A stretch of 43,932 nt of DNA from Conidiobolus incongruus B7586 (taxonomy: Eukaryota). Positions within the stretch are counted from its first letter, which is position 1. The number at the start of each line of letters is the position of its first letter. The DNA lies in the NCBI GenBank assembly GCA_000697335.1, contig JNEM01013818.1, forward strand, positions 1-43,932, in the 5' to 3' direction. Of the stretch, positions 14,753-27,948 are shown piece after piece. A model generated the notes under the pieces. That model had not been told where the DNA came from. It did no database searches and saw nothing but the letters and a program-made list of their open reading frames with translations. The translations under genes and the position numbers were made by a program.

Positions 14753-15199
14753 CTAATTGTATATCCAAAAGATATTAATATCAATATAATTGAAAGGATG
14801 ATCAAAATAAAATATTTGCCTAAATAAAAAAATTGAGAGGTGATTGTATAGTCTAATTTCACTAGTGTTAATGTGTGTGAAACTAACGATGGATAATGCA
14901 TATACATCCAAATTATTGCCTTGTTAGAGAATATATATGAGAGTTGTTTTTTTAACACATCAATATTTTTCAAATTTCTAATATGGATAAATCCAACCAT
15001 TTAAATCTAATAAAAAATAAATGGATAATTAAAGAACTAATGATTTTTCGGGCAATTACAAATATTACTAGCAGTAAAAAATTGGTTAATCATTTTATCT
15101 GTAATGTTAAGTATTGATAAACGCGCAAAAATTGGATATGTAGCTAAATGTTAAAGAATCTACTATCAGCAAATTTATCAATCAATGAGTTAATTAGTG

Positions 15200-15870
15200 T
15201 TATTTATATATTTTTGATAACGGCAGGTAATTGGTTCCAAAATAAGTGTAACAATGATCAAATGATTAATCTCAAACAAACTAATTCTCAGCATAAACCA
15301 GCGTTTTTTATGGAAAAGACAACCTAATTTTAATTGATATAGTAAACTATTAAAATAATATGAATCATTATATATGAGATACAGTAATATTTAAAAATAA
15401 TATTACCTTAATTCAAAAACAATCTTTGAGATTTGTTAAAGGAACGCGTCAAATCAGGAATCATATAAATATAAATATAATTAAATATAATATTAAGAAA
15501 GTGAAAATTAGCATCGAATACCTTGATATATTGTTCTAACCACTGAGTATTTTTGTAATCTTTCATTGTGAAAGGTTTTTCAAAGCATTTTATTAATTCT
15601 ACAAGAAGCTCTTTTGATGAAATTACTAAATATTAATTGGATATTAAGACATTCAACATAACAATCAGTTATTGAATAGTCATTACCTTCTGGAGGTTTT
15701 TGTTTTAAATTGATAAGATAAAAATTAATATTATTTAAATCACCTTCTTGAAGATGTAAAATTATAACCTTGTAGTTAGTACCTTGTAAATTCTCTAGAT
15801 TATTTAGCCAATGATTAAGCAATATTACACCAAGTAAAGGAACGAATAATGGACTGTCGCGCCAACTTTA
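15200..15870 (-). pseudogene. Degenerate spliced gene remnant
   Basis: Exon-like segments bounded by AAG|GTAAT donors and TTTAG acceptors (e.g. ISSKELLVELIKCFEKPFHNERLQKYSVVRTIYQ). No complete ORF. Confidence 0.3.
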
Positions 15871-17219
15871 GTATGAATATAATTAATCGATCCCAATTAA
15901 ATAAAAATATCAGTAATTATATAGTATATAATATTTACTCTTGGATTAATTCGACCGCTTCTTTATTAATGCGAGTTTAACAAAAAATTATTTCTATCAT
16001 AATTTCAGTTTTTCTAGGCTAAATGAATAATTAATATTAACATTGTACTAAGTTTAATTATAGAAATAATTGCAATTTTTAAAGCGATGATAATAAACTT
16101 TTACAAAAATAATTCAAACGAATCATTATACACATTTTCATTATTTTTATTATTTCGAATACATACAATACACAGCTATATTCAAGTAAAAATTTATTAA
16201 AAACATTTAAAAATTGATAATTATAAATTTTGTTGATTTAATACCATTGAAATTATATAATATCTCTTTAATATTAGAATAAATTCTAAAGAGTACTTGA
16301 AATTTCAATTTAATATTCCCTTCAACAATTATATAGCAGGTTCAATTTTTAATAATTGTCCATATTCTTGTGAGTTATTACAAATTACTAATATAAATCG
16401 AGTTCATGTCTTAGCGACTATGTGTTAAATATATCATCATTTATATTACTAAATAATACACGGATTAAATAAAATATTCCCCAAAATTTTTCTTATGGGA
16501 TTATCATTGAAAACAAATATAATTTCTATTCAATTGAAAAATTTAAATTAATAATCTCTAATATAATCCATTAAATCTGATATCTTTAATACATTAAACA
16601 ATATTGTATTTTGGTTGTATTTTTGCTTGTAATAAGCTTACTGAGTTATTGTTGTATCTATTAATTTACAACTTAGAATACTGTATTAATTAAGCATTGT
16701 TATTTTAATTGATCACCTTATGAAATTGATATTATTTTTAATAATATTACAATTAATGAAATATAATCTAAATATAAATTTACGATTATTTTACATTTTT
16801 TTAAATATTCCTATAAAATTTATATCCTAATTAATCTTTTATACTCTCGAGAAATAGTAATTATACTCTTTTTAATAGGTTTAACCTTTTAATATATTTA
16901 TATTGGAAATGAAAAATCGGAGAGTAATTTTGAAATTATTATTAAATCAAAGTCATTTTTAATTGAAATAGTAATAATCTGAATGATAATGATTCATAAG
17001 GTTTGCCATTTAATAAATTTCAATAAATATCACAAATATTATGGATATCAATATAAATATTCACAAAAATTCACTAGAAGAATGGAAATTTATATTTATT
17101 TATTCTTTTAATAAATGATTATTTGCGATATTTTTATGAAACACAAATGGATGAATTGTATACATTCATAATTGAATAATGATTTTTAAACATGAAATGA
17201 ATACGCCAATGAATTGAAT

Positions 17220-18365
17220 TTACAGATTTTTTGTAACATCCAATAGTTTTGATTCTTCCTCTTGGCTAAGCTCAGATTGAGCTTTGGATTTTTTAGTTTT
17301 GATAGTTTCATCTGAGAGGGAAGGCAAATTTTGGTTTGCAATCATATCGAGAATAGGTGTTGAGATCATGGGGAACAAGTGAAATTTATCTGGATCATCC
17401 ATACTTGCTACTTGTGCATTAAATTGGTCTAAACACTATGGTATTAGTCAACATTGGAAGAAGAATATTAATCCCTTACCATTTACTTGGACTATTTTGG
17501 TATAAATAATTCCACATGCTTTTTGAAAAGTAGGATCTAGACATAACGAGATCAGAGTGACGAGACCAGAAATAGCAATGGATAGACCTTTCCAAAGAGA
17601 GAGTCGATTATCTAACCAACCTGCATGTTTAGCTATGAAATAAATCAAAGGTCCTAGCTGTGTTAATAATGGAGCAATTGGATATAATAAACTTCTTTTA
17701 ATCAACTTTCTGATTCGATTCTTAGCTTCAACAGTCATTTTAGAAATTTCATCGTTGATTTTGTCCAATTGATCTGGATACCTATCGACCTTTTGCCAAA
17801 TTACAATGCAAATAATGGGGCAGTAGACTAGAGAAAGCACTTTTAAACTTCCTATTAAACACCACACTAAAGCTACCGAATAAGGTGAGTCTGAGTCTTT
17901 TATTAAGCATGACTCAGTTTGTGGATCATAGCCAACACTCTGCGTAGCAATGAAAGGTGCAGTTGAAAAAGCCGATATACCAATCAAAGCTATCCAGTAA
18001 TATATTTCTACCCATTTATTAGGCTCAATGTGATGCAATACGATTAATTGTAAATTAAAAGCAATGCCAATGCTAGCTAAACAATAAAGATTATCAAAGA
18101 AGATGATGAGAGAGCTTAACGCTTTGCACCAATTGTTATCCTCCTGTGCTTGTGGTAACAAAAAATTTAGTAAATGAATCACTACATCTGCAATACCTAT
18201 TGCTATGAGAAGTCTTAGAGAGACTCGATCAGTTAATTTTGGGAAATAGATCCTTAGGCCGAATAAACTGATTAATACGGTCACAGCAGACACCATTCCC
18301 AATAAATTAATTAGATTAATTACATTATTATCATCTTTTTGATATCTTCCCTGTTCAACTTCCAT
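17220..18365 (-). CDS. 7-transmembrane GPCR-like protein (Git3/cAMP-receptor-like), 2 exons
   Basis: Seven hydrophobic segments, DRVSLRL after TM1, Cys before TM3 and in ECL2, RSLLYP in TM6, LDPTF after TM7. Intron 17479-17429 joins it in frame to ORF 17220-17402. Confidence 0.85.
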
Positions 18366-19510
18366 CCCTTTTAATTAAAATACTATTGATATAAACGATA
18401 TGAAATATTACTTAAAATGATTATGCTTTTATATACGATCAATGATGTTAGTAAAAACTACTGATCAAAGAGAAAGAATTAAATCAGCATAAAAATCTCT
18501 AATCATAATACATTAGATCATTTTATAAAATATTCTAAATAAATTTAGAAAAAATTTCAAACTTCGGAATTATGAAACATCATAACTATCATAATGAATA
18601 GTATTACTGATAAATGATGGTCATATTAAAATCTTATAATCTTCACTTCAATTATATCATTCATGTAACGAAATCATAATTTGAAACAATTATATACCGC
18701 ATTCGTGTTTCGATTTGAGTTTTGAATTCAGTAAAATTAATAATTTATATTGTTTAATTCTATCTCAATTACCACCTTGAATCAACCAATCAAACTAGAG
18801 TATTCAAATTTAACGAATTTCAAATAGCAAAATTGGGTTAAAACTATAATTATTTTGCTATTTGTTTGGTCAAGCAATATGATATATTTGGAAGATTTGT
18901 CATTCTGAAAATTTGGATTACTATTGTATGTAACTTGAATAAAGGTATACTGCAATGATATACTTCATTATTCTTAATCATAATAAAAATTGATACAAAT
19001 GAACAAATTTAGTTATTTTTTAAAATATTCATGATACTACTGAGTTACATAAAATTATTATAGATACTCAAAAAAATAAATATCAAAATTGAAATATATT
19101 AATTTCATTTATATATATATATATATGACAATTGATTAGAAATATATAAAAATATCAAGAATAGTAAAATTTATATGAATCGATTAATAATAAATTTTAT
19201 TAATGAATATTGGAAAGTATTTATTATTTAGAAATTAAATAAGGTTAGTAGCAGAAAAGTGTAAGCAAATTTAGAAGGATAAAAAAGTATATGGATAGGT
19301 CACATGTTAACTATATACACAAAAGTACAAATAATAGAATGATCACTGCGGGTAGCGATATAAAGCTATTCATAGAAAGTGTTTGATTAAAAAAAAATAA
19401 TATATGTATGGCTTTGGTTTATCCATAGTCCCTCAGCTGTTATATACAGTAAATGTCATTTAGAAATCATTAAAAATACAGCCACAATACGTGATGTATA
19501 AAACAACCGG

Positions 19511-20781
19511 CTATTGAAACATTTCCTTATACATCGCATGTAATTTAGTTGCTGCAACGTCGTTAGATGCTAGGAATACGCCAAAAGCTCTAGCAAATTG
19601 ATTACGATTGTTGATAGCCTGATCGTTAGAAAAGTGAGGATGGTTTCGGGTAAAGTTGTGAAATTCATTCAAAATCCAATTGATATCTGTAGGGCTAGGG
19701 TCATCATACTGAGGTTCTTTAGAATCCATAAAAGGCTGAAAATTGTTATCTATAAGGAATTGATTAGGTGACTGTGTAAACTGTTTTGGTGACTCGGGAG
19801 AAGCAGATCCCTGGAGAAGTGAGAGAAGATCTCTAGATTTTTTAGCCAAATCCTCCTGAGAATGGGGAGGTGATTGAGGGTAGGTGGGTAGTGACTGGTA
19901 TCGAAGTTTTGAAATGGAAGGTTTTTGAAATTCACCATATTGTTGAAGGGAAATTGACGGATCGTAGCTATATTCTCTATTTATATTATTATCTTGATAA
20001 CCTCGACCCACACTTCTAGAAGCTTCCATTTGATGGTCAGAAGCCTCCTCGGCAGTATCAGAATCATGGTAGAGTTTTTTGTTTCTAATACCACTCATAG
20101 TTTTTTTATTTTTGAAATGATTGGCATTTTGCAGTCTTGAAGTGCGGTTGGAAGATGTTCTTTGTGGGTTTCTAGACGGGCTGTACTGCTGAGCTATTGG
20201 TTGTTCAGGAGGTGGCTGGACAATACTCTTACAATGTCTTGAAAACACTGCGGATAGAGCTTGAATATCTGCTTCGTTATAAGTCCATAAGCAGCATACT
20301 TCCACTAAATAGATGATGAGTTAGTATAAAACGTTATTGGCTGAATAATGAATATTATTACTATCTTGATTTCGATACATAACAAACCTATCAGTGATTT
20401 CATATTGCAAGTCACGAGTAAAATATAAACTCAAATTAACAGTATTAAGACGATTTAAAACAAATAAACCAAAGCGGGGTTCAACAGATCTATAGGAATA
20501 AAACATTTAATATAATAAACAATATAGAGTCTCAATAAAACAGTACCTTTCAAAAACAATCAAAGGACCTTCAATTCCTTTACGAACCTAAATAGTAAAT
20601 AAAAATTAACAAATTACAAAATAAGGATGAAAATTGAAAATACCCAATCGCGAGTACCCTCCTTGATACGATATAAAGCGGCATGACTACAAACATAAAG
20701 GATGGAAACAATAGTGGAGTCATATCTCTTTAAAACTTTAAAGTTCAATTGGTTTCTGTATTGATCATCCAAATGTAACAT
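19511..20781 (-). CDS. DCP1: mRNA decapping factor Dcp1 (EVH1 domain plus disordered tail), 4 exons
   Basis: LNFKVLKRYD..SHAALY..W|VRKGIEGPLIVFER|SVEPRFGLFVLNRL..CLWTY matches the Dcp1 EVH1 signature. Confidence 0.92.
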
Positions 20782-21807
20782 TTTCAATTGATTGAAGAAA
20801 AGTTTAATTGTATTTACAAATTCGCGATTTGATCAAATTAATTGATTTTCAATTTGACTTTACTCACCTCAACTATTACCATTTTATTTATTATTCAATC
20901 AATTTCTCAATTTCATTTTATGGGATTGATATTTCATATTTCTATGTTAATATTAAGGTTCAATTTTATAATTGAAATATTATAATCAAAATATCATATT
21001 TATATTAGTAAAACTATGTTTATATTTAAATTGTAATATTTAGATTTTCCTATATAATCATCGTTTCAATTTTATATTTTAAAGTGGTATTTTCACATAT
21101 AATCAATTTAAATTAATATGATTATCAACTCAATTTTTCAATCTGATTAATATAATCATCATTTATTTCAATGATGTATTATCTTATTCAATATCATATT
21201 ACACATCATCAATAAACCTCTTCAATAATCAAGATAAACCATTTATTTATTTTGAATTCTTAATAAAATAATATGGCTATTACGTATGAAATATAAGTTA
21301 AATTACCATATGTTTTACTAATATTATTCATTAAAATATTTTAAAATGTTGATTACATATATCAAGTTTCCAAAAATTAAAAAACTCTTAATAATATATA
21401 TATATAATTCAAATAGTTTGATTAAACTAAAATAAATTAAATATAATTAGATTTAAATGAATAACTGATTGAATAAAAAAGAGTTAAATCAAAATACTAT
21501 ATCTCCCACTTTACTCTGTAAGGTTATCAAGTGAATAGTATTATGAATCGATAAAGATATAGTTAATTGATTTTTATTTTAAAACCACAATATATTTTAT
21601 TTTGTTATTTTGATTAATATCAAATTTCTAAGATATTTTTTTGATTTGATTAAAGTGAGTATAGTTAAAGAGAAGGACTATTTTAGTAATTATAGAATCA
21701 GTCAACACTAATTTAGTTGAAATTCACAAATAATAAAACCCTATTATCCGTCATGATAGTACAAAAATAAACTAGGGAATTCGGGTGGATTAGAGAAGCT
21801 AAAGATA

Positions 21808-23307
21808 CTAATCGGTCCACTCTAGCAACGCTTCATGTATGGAATTTAGGGCTAGAATTCCCATATCAGATTGTATCACACATGAAATATTGATTTCTGA
21901 CGAACCCTGTGAAATCATTTCAATATTGATATTAGCTTTAGCTAAAGTGGCAAACATTTGTGAAGCAATGCCAACCATGTTCTTCATCTGCTGTCCTACC
22001 AAGCTCAAAATGCTGAGATTGGGAATGACGTTGATAGTTCCATATTGTTTTAAAGCTTCAACTGCGTCCAATAGTTCAGGATCATCAGGAGGGAGTGCAA
22101 CGGCCATGGACACGTGAACTTCGCTGGTAGAGATTAAATCGATAACAATGTTGTGTTGATCCAGAATGCTAAAGATATTGGCAAAGAAGTCATGTGACAC
22201 TGATTTCCTATTTGAATGGACATTTAACACTGTAACCTTGTCTTTGAGGGTGACAGCTGTGGGGTGTCTGCGACTGAGATCTGAGCTGTAGCCATTTTGA
22301 AGGAAGAGGGCTTTTGAGGTAGGTGATATGTGCTCATCGAGTGGGTTGGGAATGATGATAGATCCCTGACCAGAGGGGTTTTGTACATTTTTGATTCTAA
22401 TGGGAATGCGGGATCTGATGACTTGATCCATGGTGAATGGATGAATTACTTCAGATCCATAATATGTTAATTCAGCCGCTTCTTCGGGTGTGATGACAGG
22501 CAATAGACGAGCTTTTTTGACTTTGCGGGGGTCAGCAGTGAAGATACCATCAACTTCCTTCCAGATTTGGAGTTCCTTTGCCTTAAGTCCAACTGCAACA
22601 AGAGCTGAAGTCAAATCCGTATAGCCACGTCCAATACTTTTGAGTAAACTTCCAGGGACAGGGCCAAAAAAACCAGTAATCACTGGTATTTTTTCCTCGC
22701 ACTTCAATACTTCTTCAGCAAATTCTTTAGCTAGATAGTCGTAGAAGGGTTGTGTCAAGTTGGAAGGAGTGAATCGATCATTCTTAATCACAGAGTCTAA
22801 GTTGACTACCTTTGCAGGGATTCCAGAGTCTTCTAAAACAGCAGCAATGATTCTACATGATAACAATTCTCCAGATCCAATAATCACATCTTGCGACCTC
22901 GGTGATACTTCCTTGATAGTAGCAAGTGCTGTCATGAATTGGATCAATTGATCGCAATCGCTTTTGAGTTCAGATTCCAATTTTGAAAGAATGGAAGTAT
23001 TTTTGATATATACTTTAGCTGCTGAGATATGATCGGATAAAATATCCTGTATGGTCTGTTTAAAGTGATGGTCAGGTTGTAGAACTTGTTGTGAAGCTAA
23101 AATTAATCGACTCGTAGTTCCTTTAGCTTTGACATCAGTGCTTCTAGCAGAACATACAACGGCAACACGATTATTGATAAGGGCTTCCCTGACAATAGTA
23201 TAACATATAGAGGGTAAAAATTTACCAATACTAGTACCTCCAAATTTCTGAATAACCCAAGGTAAGTGAGGCTGGTTTGTCAATGCCTGAGAACAAGGAG
23301 ACACCAT
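21808..23307 (-). CDS. HOM3: Aspartate kinase, intronless
   Basis: QKFGGTS, VVCSAR, GRGYTDLT, IWKEVDGIFTADPR, ELTYYGSEVIHP, and two ACT domains (ISTSEVHVS, ISQGSSEINIS). Confidence 0.97.
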   Translation of the reverse strand: MVSPCSQALTNQPHLPWVIQKFGGTSIGKFLPSICYTIVREALINNRVAVVCSARSTDVKAKGTTSRLILASQQVLQPDHHFKQTIQDILSDHISAAKVYIKNTSILSKLESELKSDCDQLIQFMTALATIKEVSPRSQDVIIGSGELLSCRIIAAVLEDSGIPAKVVNLDSVIKNDRFTPSNLTQPFYDYLAKEFAEEVLKCEEKIPVITGFFGPVPGSLLKSIGRGYTDLTSALVAVGLKAKELQIWKEVDGIFTADPRKVKKARLLPVITPEEAAELTYYGSEVIHPFTMDQVIRSRIPIRIKNVQNPSGQGSIIIPNPLDEHISPTSKALFLQNGYSSDLSRRHPTAVTLKDKVTVLNVHSNRKSVSHDFFANIFSILDQHNIVIDLISTSEVHVSMAVALPPDDPELLDAVEALKQYGTINVIPNLSILSLVGQQMKNMVGIASQMFATLAKANINIEMISQGSSEINISCVIQSDMGILALNSIHEALLEWTD

Positions 23308-23618
23308 AGTTAGTATTAATTAATTAAACTATATAATAAACATTCAGGTGAAAAAACAATGAAAATAACGTGAGGAAAACACCTGTATTTATGCTCCATT
23401 TGACTGGATTCTACCCACCCCAATGGCAGTGCACTTGCCATTTTCAACAGTTGAATAAGTTAAACTAGATTATTGGATAAAAACAAATTGCGTATTGAAT
23501 AAATATTGGGAATTTGGGCAAGTGATTGGCTATTTATTATCCTAACAAATTTTATCAATTGAAATTTTTATCGATTTTGGAAATCTTCAGCTAATGCATC
23601 ATCCCAATCTCATCCAAC

Positions 23619-23627
23619 TTGACTCAT
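23619..23627. promoter_or_regulatory. Gcn4/CpcA-type element TTGACTCAT upstream of HOM3
   Basis: TGACTCA core ~310 bp upstream of an amino acid biosynthesis gene. Confidence 0.45.
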
Positions 23628-24645
23628 TCAAATGCTATAAGCAAACTGAGTGGTCGTTTGAAACCAAGACGCAATCATTTCTCAATATCAAATGTGAAAT
23701 TAGCTCTATTTTAATAGCAATTTCTCTATCAAGTGATAGTTCACTTCATTATACTATATTTATTGGCATACAAATTAGCAATACATATTAATCAAAATAA
23801 AGAATATTGAAGATCTGATAAAATCAAAATATTCAATTTGATTATATGGGGCAAGTGTTAATCAACAGATAAGAAATGAGAATAGCAATTTGATACGGAT
23901 CAATTTAGTTATCTCCTTATAATGTTTGTCATTTCTAAAATATCTAATACAATCTGATTGTTGATCTTAATACTATTATTGATATACTAACACACTGTTT
24001 ACTTTCACTTAGGACCATTTTGAGTATTTTTTGCGATTGATAAAATTTGAAGATGGTTATCATCTCAAAATTCTAATTAGAATACTATATTTAGAAATAT
24101 CGAACAGTTAATCTTTTCCATTATTTAGTATATCAGATGAATTTAAAAATCTATCACCTAGATTATCTAAAAACAATACTTTTATGATTATTTTGAACAA
24201 ATTTTCTTATGAATTAAACTCCATTCAATTTAAATTGGGTTTTGGGTTTAAACTTGGTATTGATATCAAATTCTTGAAACTAATAATATTAAATTCATTA
24301 GAATTGACTCTCGAGAGTTTTACTAAATGTAGTATGAAGCATTAATTCATTCAATAAATTTCAATTTAATCACGTAATCTATCCTTGGTATGACGCGATC
24401 ACTTTTTAAGTATCAAAAATATTCAAACTGATTTAATTGTATATAATGTATATAAAATATATACATTATATATATCAAAAGAATAATATCTGTTTATTAG
24501 TTCATTATAATTTTTTATCTATATTGGATTTTTTAGATAATTCAATGATAACCCAATTTTTTTAAAAGTTTAAATGATAAAAATCTAAGTGTCAATTTTA
24601 GGATACCCCATAAGGGAATATAAGTATATAGGTGTAGATCATTTT

Positions 24646-24683
24646 AATAATAATAATAATAATAATAATGTTATTATTATTAT
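24646..24683. repeat. (AAT)n microsatellite followed by an inverted (TTA)n tract
   Basis: About 8 AAT units, then G, then TTATTATTATTAT. Confidence 0.7.
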
Positions 24684-25553
24684 GTACATTTGTTGAATTA
24701 TATATATATGTATTGACAAACTAAATAGTATTTTTTAAATTTAAAATACAATAATATTATTAAATTGTTATCTAATAATTCAATGAAGTTAACCTATATC
24801 ACATATCGCAAATGACTAAAACTTAGCAAAAATATTATTCAATTTTCAGATTAACAAATAAAAACATCATTAATAGATAAAAATTTCAATGTATATAAAC
24901 AACCCAAATACTATAATTTTAAAAAAAATACATAGTTTATTGACCAATAATAATTAAAATACAATTTGATTATATTAAAAAATTCGAATAAAATACTAAC
25001 ATTATTTAATGTTACTCTACTTTTAATACTCAAATTTTATATATACAAAATAAATTGTGGATTGAAATTAGCTCTTATATCGATATCTTATAATATCACT
25101 TAACTATTACACTGATAATATTATTTATATTACGCTCAATTCTTAATTGCTATTTTATTTTATATCATATTAATAATTAATACTCAATACACTGAAATTC
25201 TTAAAATGAACTATTATAGTAACTAGATAGGTTTTTTGATAATGAAAATGAAATTATGAAATAAAAATGAACCTGCTGAAAATGATTTAAATGGATTTTT
25301 TTTGAATATAAAAATGATATTAACATAAATAAGATTAGAATCAATTAATTTTAAATAACTAAAGAAAACTAATATTGAAAATTGATGATTAATGAAAAAT
25401 GAAAAGTTAATCACAAGTTATTAAAATTGATATTTAATAATAAAAGTAAATTATAAATCTAACAAAGTTGCGTGGAGAGCGAATAATAATGTAGTAAAAA
25501 TTGACAATTATTTGAATAATATTTAAGTAAAAATATTAAGGAAAATTATTAAT

Positions 25554-25618
25554 GCTGTTTTAGCTCAGTTGGGAGAGCGGCAAACTGAACATCCTGTGTT
25601 TAATCCACGGTTGCGGCA
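25554..25618 (+). pseudogene. tRNA-Phe(GAA) pseudogene
   Basis: TAGCTCAGTTGGGAGAGCG D-arm, CTGAA anticodon loop, CTGTGTTTAATCCACGG T-arm with TTCGA changed to TTTAA. The 3' anticodon strand and variable loop are deleted and the acceptor stem is mismatched. Confidence 0.85.
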
Positions 25619-25739
25619 TTAGTAATAATCTGAATATTTTATTTCCAATAATTATTAATTATGAATTGATTGATCAATCTTGAAATATATTCAAATCAAA
25701 AATGTACTTAAATTGTACAAATACTAACTTTATATATTA

Positions 25740-27112
25740 TTAATTTTCTAATTTTAAAAATGAGAGATCATCAGGATAATCTATAGGTAATCCAGCATTT
25801 AATAAATATTCATCATTCCTATAGCAGTATATCAATGAAAAGAATATATTAAACATATATATTTAATCTTACCAAAATTTAGTATGATGGCGTAAACCTG
25901 AATCACATAATAATGTAACGATAGTATGGTTGGGACCCAACTGTTTAGTCATCTTATAAGAGCCTACAAAATTTAAATCTGTAGAACTACCAATAAACAA
26001 TCCATTCTTTTTGAGGATATATCTAGCCATTAACACAGCTTCTCTATCAGTAACAGTAATGGCATCATCAACGTTGGGTACAACAATTGAAAAGTTTTGA
26101 GTTATCTGTTAATTCCTACACCTTCAGCAATTGCATCAACTTGATGGCGCTTCCGACTACCTTCTTTTTCCAATGGTGAAAAGAAAGTGTTCGCCTTAAT
26201 CTTGTAATAAAGTCCAGAGCCTACGGGATCGACTAGGAGTACTCTGAGCCCCGGCTTACGTTCCTTAATATATTGAGTAATACCAGTCAATGTACCACCA
26301 GTTCCAGCACCCATGACAAAAGCATCGATATTGCCTTTAGTTTGTTCCCAGATTTCAGGACTGGTGTGCTTCAAATGAGCTCTAAAATTATTCAAATTCT
26401 CGAATTGATCAGAAAAGAATCCTTTTGGATCTCCATTAGCCAACTGTTTAGCTCTATTCACAAATTGTCTAGGATCAATAATACTAGCAGGTCTGGCTTT
26501 TCCAATCTTGGCATTCAAACGCTCTAAAGCTATATACTTTTCTTTGACTTGATCGTCTGGCATCACAACCACACATTTGTAACCTTTAGCAAGACATATT
26601 GTGGCGAGGGAAATACCAGTACTTCCGACAGTTCCTTCGTAGACTGTGTATCCTTGGTGTGGGACCAATTTTCCAGCTGCTTCAGCTTCCTCAATGATAT
26701 TGAGGGCAACACGGTCTTTGGCACTATCACCAGGGTTTGAAAACTACTTAAATTCAATTAACAAACTTGATGTATTTGATATTTTATAAAGACTTACTTC
26801 AGCTTTAGCCTAAAAAATTTAAAAATAAATTCATTAATTCAAAATTATATAATATTAATTATTGCTATTTACCAAAATTTCACAGCCTGTCAACTCTGAC
26901 AAACTATTAATCCTAACAAGAGGAGTGTTTCCAATATGATCACAAACACCGTTTCTAACATTATCCTTATCCGCTATAATATCCAACTGTTTAAGTTGTT
27001 GAGTACTATTCCCTTTAAACAAATCCAACAAATATCTAAAACTCCATCCCGTAACGAGTCCCAAACTTAAAAAAATTAAATTTTGACTAATTCTATATCT
27101 AATAGATGACAT
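25740..27112 (-). pseudogene. Cysteine synthase-like gene (MCY1/cys12 type, N-terminal membrane anchor) with a frameshift
   Basis: Exons 27112-26873, 26809-26798 (12-nt AKAE), 26743-25873 and 25818-25740. IGNTPL, NPGDSAKDR, GAGTGGT. One base is missing at ~26104 (GINR*), after which TQNF..DDAITVTD..LCDSGLRH continues in another frame. Confidence 0.85.
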
Positions 27113-27273
27113 TATAGTATTTTTTTAATTAAATTTTAATTTTGATTATTCAATTTCTTTTTTTACTACATTAGCTTGCGGGAAACTAAGAGAGATACAA
27201 AAAGACTGAAAATGAAAGAGTTGGGACAGTGGGTTCACTCAATCTAAAGGATCTCGTGAGAGAGTGAATGTAT

Positions 27274-27666
27274 TTAGTTGATTAAGTGAAATGGTATAGG
27301 AATAGTATCTTCAGCAGTATAAGCGTCATCAATTGCCTCTTCAAAGCTTAAATTACCGGTTTCTAAATTACAAGTGATTAAATAAGCAGATTCTAAATAT
27401 ACTCGAAAAACAATGTGATATGCAACTGGTAATTTGGCCATATGAATTACTTTGATTTTGTGATCTTCAAAGGACATCTTATCAACAATGAATAACACAC
27501 TCTTATTAGCAGGACCTCTATCTTCATCAAGATGATCATTGTAATCGATTATTTCCTCATCTGTAGCATTTAGCATATTAATATAGTGAAATTTAGCACC
27601 TTGTATACCAGGAAGAGCAAAATCATCTTTATAAGGCTGTTAGCTAAAATAAACTTGGATAGTCAT
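27274..27666 (-). pseudogene. DUF6924-like small protein with an in-frame stop at codon 9
   Basis: ATG at 27666 is in frame with ORF 27274-27576, with TAA at 27642-27640. VLFIVD..FRV..CNLETGNLSFEE resembles the DUF6924 C-terminal motif (FVAD..FR..NNLxxANMDFEEF), recalled from memory. Confidence 0.5.
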
Positions 27667-27948
27667 TATTTTAAGTAATAAGATGGTTGTGTCTGATTAT
27701 TCAATTTCGATAATTAACAGTTATTTATAATAGCCAAATTTTAAATGTTAAATATGGGATTATTTGAATAATGAAATTATTAATGAAATCAACAATTTTT
27801 TGAGAGGATAATTTTGTAATTTTTAGGATAGTTGAGCTTTAGTAAAATGGATAAAAGGAAAATGATATAGAAATTATTAAATTATTCAATTATTAAATAT
27901 ATACATTCATTGCAACATTGAACACAGTTTTAATTTATACATTATATA

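Noticed and set aside
24440..24472. 15-bp perfect inverted repeat with a 3-nt loop
   Set aside because: Almost entirely low-complexity TA sequence with no supporting context.
25223..25414. Short AT-rich ORFs (also 14737-15000, 23594-23791, 34819-35031)
   Set aside because: Their I/F/L/N/K-rich composition is typical of random AT-rich DNA, with no motifs.
26095..26110. Programmed ribosomal frameshift in cysteine synthase
   Set aside because: No slippery heptamer is present, and other degenerate substitutions favour a pseudogene or sequencing error.
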